64,000 bases of DNA from the NCBI RefSeq assembly GCF_022045235.1, contig NW_027266286.1, forward strand, positions 44,082,001 to 44,146,000, read 5' to 3'. How positions within the stretch are numbered: the stretch's first letter is position 1; each line of letters starts with the position of its first letter. Of this stretch, positions 12,212 to 23,874 are shown piece after piece. A program made the translations under genes and the position numbers. Source of the stretch: Haliotis cracherodii (Eukaryota). A model generated the notes under the pieces. That model searched no databases. It saw nothing but the letters and a program-made list of their open reading frames with translations, and was not told the DNA's origin.

Positions 12212-12612
12212 AACAGCCGGAGGAAGGGAATGGTACCATTCCATGGATTAACGTTTTGACTCGGGATTTTAGTGGTAGACCTATGTTTCATCATCCGTTA
12301 CTAATCTCCTGTTGAGTTTGATGGCATCCTCCTCAAGTACCTCTAAAGTTTCTCTGGCAATGTCAGTTCTGATTTCCTTAGATTCATAATTTAGAAACTT
12401 TGGCACCCAACAAGCAGATATCTTATTCATCTGTAAATGTTCATGAACAATAGTTTCAATGGATCAACTTCTTAGACCTGTGTCTTCCTCAAGTTCAGCA
12501 ATGGTTATACGTCTATCTGACAGTATAAGTGTTTTCTATCTCCGTGATTGCATCTTCATTGATGGCAGCTGAGGGACGTCCAGACCTAGGGTCATCATCA
12601 CGGCTTGTTCTC
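12212..12612 (-). mobile_element. Degenerate mariner-family transposase fragment
   Basis: Reads DDDPRSGRPS...RRITIAEL...IETIVHEHLQMNKISACWVPKFL...LVTDDET*VYH*NPESKR*SMEW. This contains the WVPxxL linker and the first catalytic-D (DET) motif, with stops. Confidence 0.85.
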
Positions 12613-14153
12613 TCTCTATATATATATTTATATGTATTTATATATATACACGATCGAGATGGTGTTTGGTTGAACGTTAGCGTGGCTTCTAGAATAACCA
12701 CACATGAGGCATTAATATGATGCCGAGACATGGTTCATGAGAGCTTGCGTTCACTGTTCACCCGCTAACGCATACGGGTATAGGCTGTGTTCAATATTCG
12801 ACACAAATGTAGACATAGGGTACCACTGTTGAGATTCGAACAACGTATTATATTGTGGAAGACGTACATCTTGTCCATGTAACTAAAATGTAAATTTAAT
12901 AGATTCTACATAACGATCACGGGGGGTATTGTCAGTTTGCCGTCACTGTTAACACAATATGGTTGAGATAAAAGCCGTTGAAATTACCACGGTGAAAATG
13001 CATCCTGTGATTATGCTGTGTCTGTGAGAGAGAGATGTTTGGTCATATACAAATATTCTCAAAGATGCATGCAGCATATTCTATATAATTTAAATTTTAT
13101 TAGTTGTCATCGACAAGAACAGCATGACAAAATATAAGTTTCAATTTTTATATAACTACATAACAACATGACCACTTTTTCTCCTACATTTCAGATGTCG
13201 GAGTAATCGTTTTTCTTACATTCGTTTGTCATCAGACTGAATAAGTGATTGTCATTGAAAAGGAGTTGCAAGAACAATTAAACATTGGACACTCAACACG
13301 AGACATTAGATGAGACAAAACAATACCTTATCCTACAGTCACCGTACATGTATACCTGAGTGTCAACAAATGAATAGTTACTTACGATTAATACAATTCT
13401 TCTCCTATCTTTTTTTACATTTCGTGAAAACCTGAAGAAATATACAGTATTTGATAATAACTTTCAAGAAACGAATATCGGTGTTCTTTTACCGACTCTG
13501 TATATAGGTATATGTAAGCATAAGCTTTGACAAATAATCATAAAACTGATATAATGCAAGGCCCCTTTCCTGAGTAACAGTTTTCTGTATAAGGCCATCC
13601 AAATAATATGTTGATTTTTCAACTCCAATCTCAGCTTCGGTCAGTCGAAAGAAAAAAAAGTCAAAACATACAAATCTTCCTTTGGTTGATGATACAACAG
13701 GTATGTTGTCTGTATAGATAAAACTATGTGCAAAAATTATATGAATCTTGTCTTCAGGAGCTTCCAATTTTAACATTTACCGAACGCGCAGCCCCGACAT
13801 TGGAACATGTGTTGGGTCGTAGTGCAACGTTTGCTGTATCGGTGTAAGAAGATGCAGCGTTGAATCGTTTTTCTCACAGCGGAATGATATCTGTATTGAG
13901 GCGGTGAATGGGCGGAAATATGACCCTTTCTTATTTTTGAACGACATAGTAAAGTAGAACAGGCTGGAATGAGGAACACACAAAATAGTACAGACCACCT
14001 AGTCTGAAAATATTAGACGTGACAAACAATAACAATTATTAACATCAAGTCAATTGAAAGTGCCCATTGGAAGACAGATACCAAATAGAACTCCATGTGA
14101 AGAAAGATAAACATACACAATATATGAATCATGGAATACAAATGTATGCATTT

Positions 14154-17100
14154 TTATGAAGACTGGACATCTGCAAGGAGATCCCTTTTAGCCTCCTGTG
14201 TCAATGACGGTTGTAAAAGTAGCTCTACACCCGTCATAGCAAGTGCCTTGCTTACTTTCAGTGTATAGGGCTGGGCGTCAGAGGAACCTGAAATACAAAA
14301 CGTACAACGATGAGTATTATGTTTTTTCCTTAAACCTATATTGACGAGGGGAGTGGGGGTGTGCCGACACGCCATGATATAACTGAAATACTGTGATTTA
14401 ACTGGAATACTGGTAAAAGCGGAGTTAAACTAAACTCTCACACACCTGCCTTGTTCATATCTAATACATATAGCCTGTGTAAAACCGTACAAGCCAATGA
14501 ATCTTAGGCGGCAATTTGTCGCCAGGGGACTTATGGATAGATCAAAAATATTATTGTCGCCACTTTTGGTTTTTTATATCAGTTACTGATCACTCCGAGT
14601 GTGCTGTAAGAGGTATACCTGCTGCTTCGGTGAATTCTGTTGTGTGGTTGATGCAGTTTTTCCTCCCCACGAAGAACATTGGGTGGATGCTCGGCACTAC
14701 ATGCGACACGTTTCCCATATCCGTGGAACCAACGTACTTTCCCCTGACTCGTTCAGTGGGCGAAAATTCCAGCCCAAGGGACATGGCATGTTCCTTGTAG
14801 GATGTGGCCAGGATTTGGTTAGTGATGAGGCTTTCGTACGCTTTGGGGTGAAAATAATAGTCAGCCTGTAACATAATAAAAACACGCTTAGAAGCAGCGA
14901 GAAAATACATAAGCTATAATTAGGATTTATTAAATTAAGGCCAATTAGTTCGTGGATGTGTGACTGTCGACTGTATCACTTGCCCAACTACGCAATAACA
15001 GCTTGGAACAATCGAGTTTGTGGGGCAATCGCACCCGTTGCTGTTTGCGTTAATACCTATTGAGGACAACAATCATCAAACGTGCAATTATATACTGGGT
15101 GAAGGTATAAATTAGCAATGCCTGATGCCATATACCATAGAAAACGTGAATTCAAAGTGTAAAGATTAACTGGCCTTCCAAACGTCAACTTAAATGTGCT
15201 TTTGAACACTTGCACAAAGCGATCTAAGATGAACGTAACTCCCATACTGTAACATAGGCTTACAATAGTTGTAGCGCTAAGATAGCTTTGTGCAAGTGGG
15301 CCCAGGACTGCGATCTTCACAATCAAACAATTCTATAACATAAATGTATTCCTCTTTTACATTACTTCTCAATGCCGAATTATATCTGAAATAAATTACC
15401 ATTGCAAAATTTAGCATAGCTTTGTCCGAGTTCGCTTGTATTTCCCATCACCTCCGCATAGCAATGGGACGGTATCATAATATTACAAGACATGAAAGGA
15501 TTTGCCTGTAGTGTATACTAATATTGTGGAGGATGGGGACCATTTTATATTGATTTGTTGTAAATACAGTATGTTACGTACCAAACAAATGTGTTATTCA
15601 TCCAACACAGTTTAAATTTAACCCGTTAATGTCTTCATCTGATAAGAAGGTAATTAAAACACTTGCTGTGCACATTTATCATGCAAATCATGTTTTAGGG
15701 TCTATATATCTATAAGTACATGTGGTGTTTTTACCCTGTTTTCACTGATATGCAAGATGACGAATCACCCTGCAGTACAGGATACATTTCATAGGTTTAT
15801 ACCTGTATTCACTGTTATACTAAACCTTGCAGTCTTTAGACACTGTCGTACTTTGCACTTTGGGGGTGGCTCTGTCGTCGTGGGCAAGTCAGGAACCTGT
15901 GATTGATCATACCTCTAGGTTTGTCAGCACCATACCCGTGCTCGTAGGTTTCACCAAAGTGATAAAATACCAAAATCGTAATACATTTGCATCAGGGGCG
16001 GTCGGGTAGCCTAGTGGTTAAAGCGTTCGCTCGTCACGCCAAAGACACGGGTTCGATTCCCGACATGGGTAAAATGTGTGAAGCCCATTCCTTGTGTCCC
16101 CCGCCGTGATATTCCTGGAATATTGCTCAAGGCGGCGCAAAACCAAAACTCACTCACCTCACATTTGCATCACGTGACTGGAGAGTTTTCATAGGTTGTC
16201 AATGAAACTGTGGTGATACCAAGCGTTACTGATCGCTGTTTGATTTATCGATCATTGAAAGGTGATGATAAAGATGTGTGAAATATATTCTGAGGTAAAC
16301 GATAGACTGTAGACTGTATACTGTCACTGTCAGTCTAGATAAAGTCGATATTTGATATGCATATCTTCGTTTTGTTCTCATGGATGGATCGTAAAGAGGA
16401 TATTCGTAACCGGGCATACAGACAACTCTTGGACGTTTCCCAGTGTAGGCCAAAATTCTGACTTCAAGATTAAAAGGTATAAATGATCTCAAATAATGAT
16501 TCTTGGTATAATCGTGCTTGGCAATTCACAGGGGTTATACAATACAGTGGAAGCAGCTCATCAGTGTTTACGTCATTTTAAGAATTATACAATCTCATGC
16601 AAAACATATAAACGTCAAACTGTATGGTTCAGACACTTTTGAAAGCCAGCTTCACGGTCATGTGACCGTCCAGTGGAAAAGTCGTATATCGTGTAAACTT
16701 CACATTACAAAATTACAGTGCGTTAAGCTTGCATTCACTGTTATACATCATGTAGTTGAGGCCTCACCTTGCAGCCTGTCGCTGTAGCAGCAGCCTCGAC
16801 ACAAGCAGAGAACTTCTTCGTCAGCTCCTTCACCTCATTGTCGGTGGGCGCCCTGCAGTTAAACTCCATCTCAGTCAGCTCGGGGATGATGTTTGGCTTG
16901 ACTCCTCCGTTGTGTATCACACCTAGGATTAAAAAAATATGTTTTCATGATTTTGTATAAATATCATGTACTGCTCAAACTAAGGTATTTACCAGGTTTA
17001 CATTCGCTATATATCAAATATCTCGAATAAACTTACAATGTTTTGACCATTTTCTTCTTATATAAATTTCACTCAATACATTGTTAAAACCAATTTCTCT

Positions 17101-20100
17101 TTTCATATGTTTTCAATTCTTCGGGGTTTTATAAGATATTAATCTTTTTTAAAAATGTCGTGGTTGGTAGTATTTTTGTCCACGGAACATTCCGTTTGGG
17201 CAAAGAATACGTCTGTATACGAACAACTAAACCAATAAAGCATGAGTGAGTGAGTGAGTGAGTATGGTTTTACGCCGCTTTTAGCAATATTCCAGCAATG
17301 TCACGGCGGGGACACCAGAAATGGGCTTCACACATTGTACCCATGTCGGGAATCGAACCCGGGTCTTCGGCGTGACGAGCGAACGCTTTAACCACTAGGC
17401 TTCCCGACCGCCCCCAATAAAGCATGACCGAGCATTGATATTTGATAGGATCTTACCAAAATCATAAGCAAATTTAACAAGGGTCATACATGACGTGTAT
17501 AATATCTTAAAATTCTTCAACAAAAGTGTATAGTAATGAATACGGAATTATATACAATAAAGGCTTATTTTCTAAAGTTTAACTCACTCCAGGGCATAGT
17601 CGTACTCTTTCGACCAAACAATACATAACTTACAACTATATTGAATTATATAACTTATATTGAATTAAAGTCTGGACTAACATAGTTACCATGCACTCTC
17701 CAGTCAGGTTTCATCTGTTGTCTGAGACAGGAGACGTTCTGGTAGCACAGGACGGCGGCGTCAAGAGCGTTGATGCCGTTCCAGGGAAATCCCGCAGCGT
17801 GAGACGCCTTGCCGTGGAACTTGATGAAGCACCTTGGTATGTCACAAAACATTCATATCATCATTTATTACCCAGAGGGTTAGAAATAACCGAGTTCATA
17901 ATAATCGTATATGCACAAAGGCAGATAGCATTTAACGCGCACCAGTGTACTGTTTAAGTCATCCAGACCGTATTGTTGGCGTCATCCGAATTTTATTGTG
18001 ACGTATGGTCGGAATGATGTCACACTAGAAACGACGTCATACAAGCTGATGATTCGACTATTGTGGCTTTCTAAGACGGCGGTCGTCATTGGTGTTTTGT
18101 TCTAAAGCGGAACGCAAATGGATAAGAAATAATGGGTAATATAAGAATTTATTACACTTGCATACATGTGTGCCATACTGATTGTACGAAACTCGTGTAA
18201 AAATGCATGTATTACCCTCAATTTCGCTTGGCAAATATAAGAATTCCGACATTCGTTTCGTAAAATCAGTATGACACGCTTCCTTTTATAAAAATCCCCA
18301 TATAAGGGATTAGTGTAGTCGACTTACACGCATGTCTATGTTACTAGACCCAAAGTTTATATGTTAACTTTAAAAATCTGTTTGCAATTCTATTATTAAT
18401 AACAGCGGGAAATAACAAAGTTAGATAAATACTTTTGCCTAGCTAATGCTGGCATATATTCCGCCGTCTCCGGTGTTGGGTGGGCCATCATGGCGACGTC
18501 GATGTCTTTGAATACTCCGGCATTGATCAGATCTATTTTTCCTCCCATTGACTCCTCAGCCGGAGTCCCCAGTACCGTCACCTGCGGAGACAAGCGTCCT
18601 CATCAGTGGCACGAGCAGGCATCAGTTTCGTTCATACACTAACAGTAAATACGTACCAACATAAACACAAGTAACTTTGACCATGAGCAGTCGAACCCCG
18701 TTATCTCGAACCTATTCTCCGAATAAATAGCATCTCATATGTTTGTGTGAAGTTCTTCTCGTTTCATGTATCTAGTACCTTTCATCACAGAAATAGTGGC
18801 ACTTTGTTGTATTGGTCCAAATCGAAAAATTGCAGTGATGTGAAAGTCGTCGCAGCGCCTTGAAACTTTGCATGCGGGTAGACCTTGACCCGAAATAACC
18901 TCTGTGGGCGAGGCTATGGGCCATAACTGACAACCCCACGACCAAATACCAATGGCTGGTTGAAAATATGTCGATAATTTATCCGGGGAAAAACCCGATA
19001 ATTAATACCTGGTTTTACAGATTGGTTGATCTTCAAATGTGTGCGGATGCACGGGTGGCCAAGTCGCCGTGCAGAGTTGCGTCCCTTGGGCACACCAGAA
19101 ACCTATGATTGTGGGTTCGAATCCTGGTTCGACCTGATTATGTTTCCAGGTTTGTCAGCACCATAACCGTGCTCGTGGGTTTCACCGAAGTGGTAAACGT
19201 CTGAGACCTGCATCACTTCGGGCTTTCCTCCCACATTATATATATAATTAAACTGACACCCCGTGATAAAACCGGAATAATGTTAAAAGCGTCGTTAAAC
19301 CCAACTGACACACTCAATCAAAATGTGTGCACAAAAAAATACATGTACCCGTCACTTCAGAGAAGGGCAGGTTGATGCTTTTTAGAGGCAAAATGTGGCC
19401 CAAGAGTTGGGCACACTTCAAATGTTCCTTCCCTTTCATATTTCAAAATGCTATACATCTCTAATCGGTGAGTGAGTGATTGAGTATGGTTTTACGCCGT
19501 TTTTAGCAATATTCCAGCAATATCACGGCGCGGGACACCAGTAATGGGCTTCACACATTGTACCCATGTCGGGAATCGAACCCTGGTCTTTGGCGTGACG
19601 AACGAACGCTTTAACCACTAGGCTACCCGACCGCCCCCCATCTCGAATCGGAATGAAAATAAATGTCACCTCATCATAATTCATGTAAAAAACCATCTGT
19701 TTTGAACTTTTAAATTGTTAAATTGTAAAATAAACAAATATAGAATTTTTAAAGTCTGTTTGGTTCATCAACAACCCGATTAAACACTAAATACATGACA
19801 TTGTTTATGGATAACTTTTTTATTCTTTGTTACGACGTTTCAGAGCTACTTCTTGTCCTTACTAAAAATTGTGTGTGAGATTATTGTAGTAGCACAGTTG
19901 GGGTATGAATCTGGACGAGGTGGCAGTGGTCCAGAACCCCTATTCCCTATACTACTATATGAGTGACGCAGTAGGTGACATGTGCAGTGCCGTAGCCAGC
20001 CGGGTGTGTGTGGGTGGGAGGGCACAGTTGCCGCCACTCCCCCCCACACACACACATATTTTTTTTTAATAGAAAACAGTTTTATTTGAATTAAGTTGGG

Positions 20101-20555
20101 GACAATTGGTACTTGTACAAACATTTGCCCTCCTGTCAAAAAAAGTTAACTACGGCCTTGATGTGGGTCATTCTATTCAATACATCCCATACCTTGCCAA
20201 TGGGTTTCCCCGCCGCCTGTAGCGCAGCCTTTATCCCCAGGCCTGCTGCCACGCCCACTTCAGCTATGAGGTTGTGGCCACATGCGTGTCCGATCCCCGG
20301 CAGAGCGTCATACTCACAAATGACCGCCACATTCGGACCAGGTCCGCTCTCTCCGTACTCTGCCCTGAAAGCTGTTGGGAGGTTATACCTCCGCTGGACA
20401 TCGAACCCACATTTCTCAAGATACCCAGTAATGTAGTCATGTGCAAACGTTTCCTCATAGGCAAGTTCAGGGTGTTTCCAGATTTCTTGACTGAGAGTGT
20501 TGAGATCTGCTGCGTTCGCGTCAATCTCCCGACAAGCGACCTCCTTCAAGGACAT
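14154..20555 (-). CDS. PM20D2: Peptidase M20 domain-containing protein 2-like, copy A (complete, 6 exons, ~396 aa)
   Basis: Exons 20555-20193, 18581-18433, 17832-17690, 16922-16768, 14865-14619, 14287-14154 (1191 nt, phase-consistent GT-AG introns). Motifs: [49 protein letters not shown]. Confidence 0.95.
15994..16160 (+). mobile_element. SINE family 1 (short tRNA-derived)
   Basis: A box TAGCCTAGTGG, B box GGTTCGATTCC, (ACTC)n tail, TSD ACATTTGCATCA. Confidence 0.9.
17244..17414 (-). mobile_element. SINE family 1
   Basis: Same consensus; TSD CCAATAAAGCATGA. Confidence 0.9.
19469..19638 (-). mobile_element. SINE family 1
   Basis: Same consensus; TSD CATCTC(T/G)AATCGG. Confidence 0.9.
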
Positions 20556-21092
20556 GGTGATGCGAGTGTTGTTGATACAGCGGCGAGTCCTGACTAGCGA
20601 AACACCTGGCAGAGTAGACCGGGAAATTGATGCACACGGCACTTAACCACATGACATGCCACTGGCCTCCGATATGGGCGGTGTCTCCTCGCTGACATAT
20701 GACGCGTGCCTGGTTGACTTTAGATTCACAATCCTATATCGTTCTATTGCACGGATAGCTCTAGGCATTTATTTACATTTATACATTCGGAAATTGTATA
20801 GTTGTTCGGGTATACTAACAGTAAGCTACAACACCGCAATACTTATAGAGCTGCCACAGTTGATATCCATTGGAAATGTATGGCGAATTGCCAAATCGTA
20901 AATCAAATCCTCCTTTTTCCTAATGTAAACGCTGTATTCATATTTGGAACATATATACATACAATAAGTTTGTCGAACAGTGCCGAACACAATATATTTC
21001 AGGCATATTACTTTGATTAAAGGTTCATTATGAATCGTTTTGATAATCATCGGAGACAGAGAATTTACCCCCTGCTATTTCCACCGATACGG

Positions 21093-21375
21093 GATGGCAC
21101 GGGTGGCCTAGTCGTTTAAGGCCCCGTGATTCGCTGTGCAGAGTTGCGTCCCTTGGACACGCCAGACACCTATGATTGTGGGTTCGAATCCCGGTTCGCC
21201 CCGTTTCTCGGTTTCTAGGTCTGTGAGCACCAAAGCCTGCTCGTGGGTTTCACCAAAATGGTAAACGTCTGAGACCTGCATCACTTCGGGCTTTCCTCCC
21301 ATATTAAGCTGACACGCCGTGATATGTCTGGAATACTGTTAAAAGTGGCGTTAAACCCAGCTGACTCTCTCGCTC
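21093..21375 (+). mobile_element. SINE family 4 (tRNA-Leu-like long head)
   Basis: GGTGGCCTAGTCGTTTAAGGC...GGTTCGAATCCC; TSD TTCCACC(G/T)ATACGG. Other copies at ~7557-7791, 19046-19318, 31796-32035(-), 47727-47996, 63006-63271. Confidence 0.85.
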
Positions 21376-22962
21376 ATTCCACCTATACGGACAGTACAAC
21401 TGACGGTACATTATTGTTTTTACGGCGGATAACTAAGCTCACAAACACGTTAAAATCAGATCTTAGTTCTCGCTGCCGCCAAACAAAGATCTGAGGACAT
21501 CCCATCACGGGTCACGTCAGACCGACCTTTGGCAAACTCTGGCCGACCAGTGGAATTACTAACATGTCCATCATTGTTTAGCGGTAGCGAGAACTAAGAT
21601 GTGATTTTAATGAGATTGACTAAGCTCATTGATTATCAAAAATGTACCATATTCAGAAAAGTGTACGCTTTTATCTATCTTGGATAATCGTGTGTATTCA
21701 TTTTCTAGTGAGTTACAATTTAAAGCCACTCCGGCATACAGTGAGTCCATACATGCCCCGCCCCGTAAAGATCCGGGTTAAAATGGATCTTTTGCAACCC
21801 GTGCTTGTCGTAAGAGAGGACTCACGGAATTGGGTGGTCAGGCTCGCTGACTTCGTTGATGCATGTCATCGTATCCCAATTGCAGACAACCGTCATATAA
21901 CCCAAATATTGCTGAGTGCGGCGGTGAACAACAACAAAAAAAAAAAACTGAACATACTGCAATAACCTAATCTCGGAAACGTGTATTAGTCGGTATTTCA
22001 GCGATATCAAGACGTGTCAGCTTGATGTTGGAGGGACGCCCGGAGTACACATATCTTAGAAGTTTACAGCATTGGCGAATCCCGCGAACGGGGGTATGTA
22101 AAACCTGGAAATTGAATGTATTCCCTGAAGAGTCACGAACGGCTGCATCAATATGTGATGCAGAGTTGCATCCCTTACTTGAGTCGCTGATCTTGACTTA
22201 GTGAGTGAGTGATTATTGTTTAACATCAACATTCTATCTATCCTTGGATTCTATCAGATGTTGAGCCTTCGTGTCGAATTGTTAAACGTCTGCGTTATAC
22301 TAAATTCAACAAAAATGTCTTTCTCAAATTCGTACAACCGTTGATGCTTATTTTTCAGTTTCTTGTCCAACCTGCGTCGTTTGGTAATTATAAACATGTT
22401 CGTACTATCAACATAGCGATAATAGACAGAAAAGAACCTGTGCATGACAAAAACGATCTTGCTGTCAGCATGACAATAATATATTGAACAAAACGCCCCC
22501 ATTGGGATCCCTATACCAATTGCGTGGCTCGATGTTCATGATGTCAATCACTGGACTGCCTGGTCCAAACTCAATTATTTACAGACTGCCGTCATATAGC
22601 TGGGATGTTGCTTGAGTGCGGCGTTAAACAACAAACAAACATTGGGATCCCAGGTGAGGACAGATTCCCATGGATCCAAATGAATCGTGTGGTCAGGCTC
22701 CGTGATTTTCGTCGATTGCGTGTCAGCGTACCCTACGGCATGGATCGTGGCTTATACTCTCATATTGATTGTCTGGTTCAGCCTCGAGGATTTAAACAAC
22801 AACCAATTATAATTACAAACAAAAAGAGAAAAGAGCGTTAACCTATAGTATTAGGGAATAATGGATATTTTATGATCTCTTCTATGCTGTCGGGATCCAA
22901 AAGAAGCGTATACACAATATATTAGTTGGGCCATAGTCAACAGCAGAGGTCATTGTTAAAAG

Positions 22963-23135
22963 CGAGTGAGTGAGTGCGTGAGTATGGTTTTACGCCGTTT
23001 TTAGCAATATTCCAGCAATATCAGGTTGGGGGACACCAGTAATGGGCTTCACACATTGTACCCATGTCGGGAATCGAACCCGGGTCTTCGGCGTGATGAG
23101 CGAACGCTTTAACCACTAGGCTACCCGACCGCCCC
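22963..23135 (-). mobile_element. SINE family 1
   Basis: Same consensus; TSD CATTGTTAAAAG. Confidence 0.9.
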
Positions 23136-23324
23136 CATTGTTAAAAGACAACATGCAGTGCCGGAAAATATTCTGGAGTGAGTTATGTTTTGTACCAACC
23201 TATTTTTAAGTGGGCATTATAGACGACAGGATAAGTCGGCATCACCGCGGGAGGATCATAAGTCCGCGTCAACCAGGGAGTGTATTCTGAGACTTCGTAC
23301 GTGGCATGACGTAACCCAAGTCAT

Positions 23325-23575
23325 TTTGTTTGTTTGTTGTTTAACGCCACACTATATTCCAGCTATATGGCGGCGGTGTGTAAATAATCGAGTCTGGACC
23401 AGACAATCCAGTGATTGACATCATGAGCAATCGATGATATTGATGACATGCATCAACCAAGTCACCAAGCCTGACTGCCCGATCCCGTTAGTCGCCTCTT
23501 ACTACGAGCATAGTCTCCTTTTATGGCAAGCATGGGTTGCTGAAGACATGTTCTACCCAGGATCTTCAAGGGTCT
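23325..23575 (-). mobile_element. SINE-like family 2
   Basis: Matches the 7228-7463 and 44561-44815 copies. Confidence 0.8.
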
Positions 23576-23874
23576 AACCCAAATCACATGCGTCGGACAT
23601 TTATACAGGCTTTTAACTTCGAGATAGACACGTTGATGAACCAGAATCAGATGTAGCGGACCAGGTAGTAGCAGAGAAAGCTATTATAGATTAAGCACCA
23701 TTGTCTTAATTGCTATTTCAGTTTTCCTGTAAATAATAATGAGCCGATACGATCAGAGGCAAACAGCAAGCCGCCATTGTATGAGTAGACACGGTCAGCA
23801 ATATCTCACTTAAATTCCCATCCCTCATGTATATAGATAGTCGGCTCTTTTGATAAACAAGTGGGAACTAGGCT

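Noticed and set aside
15994-16070. tRNA genes at the A/B-box sequences (also 48520-48615 and others)
   Set aside because: They continue into SINE bodies with tails and TSDs or lack a proper cloverleaf. They are SINE heads, not tRNA genes.
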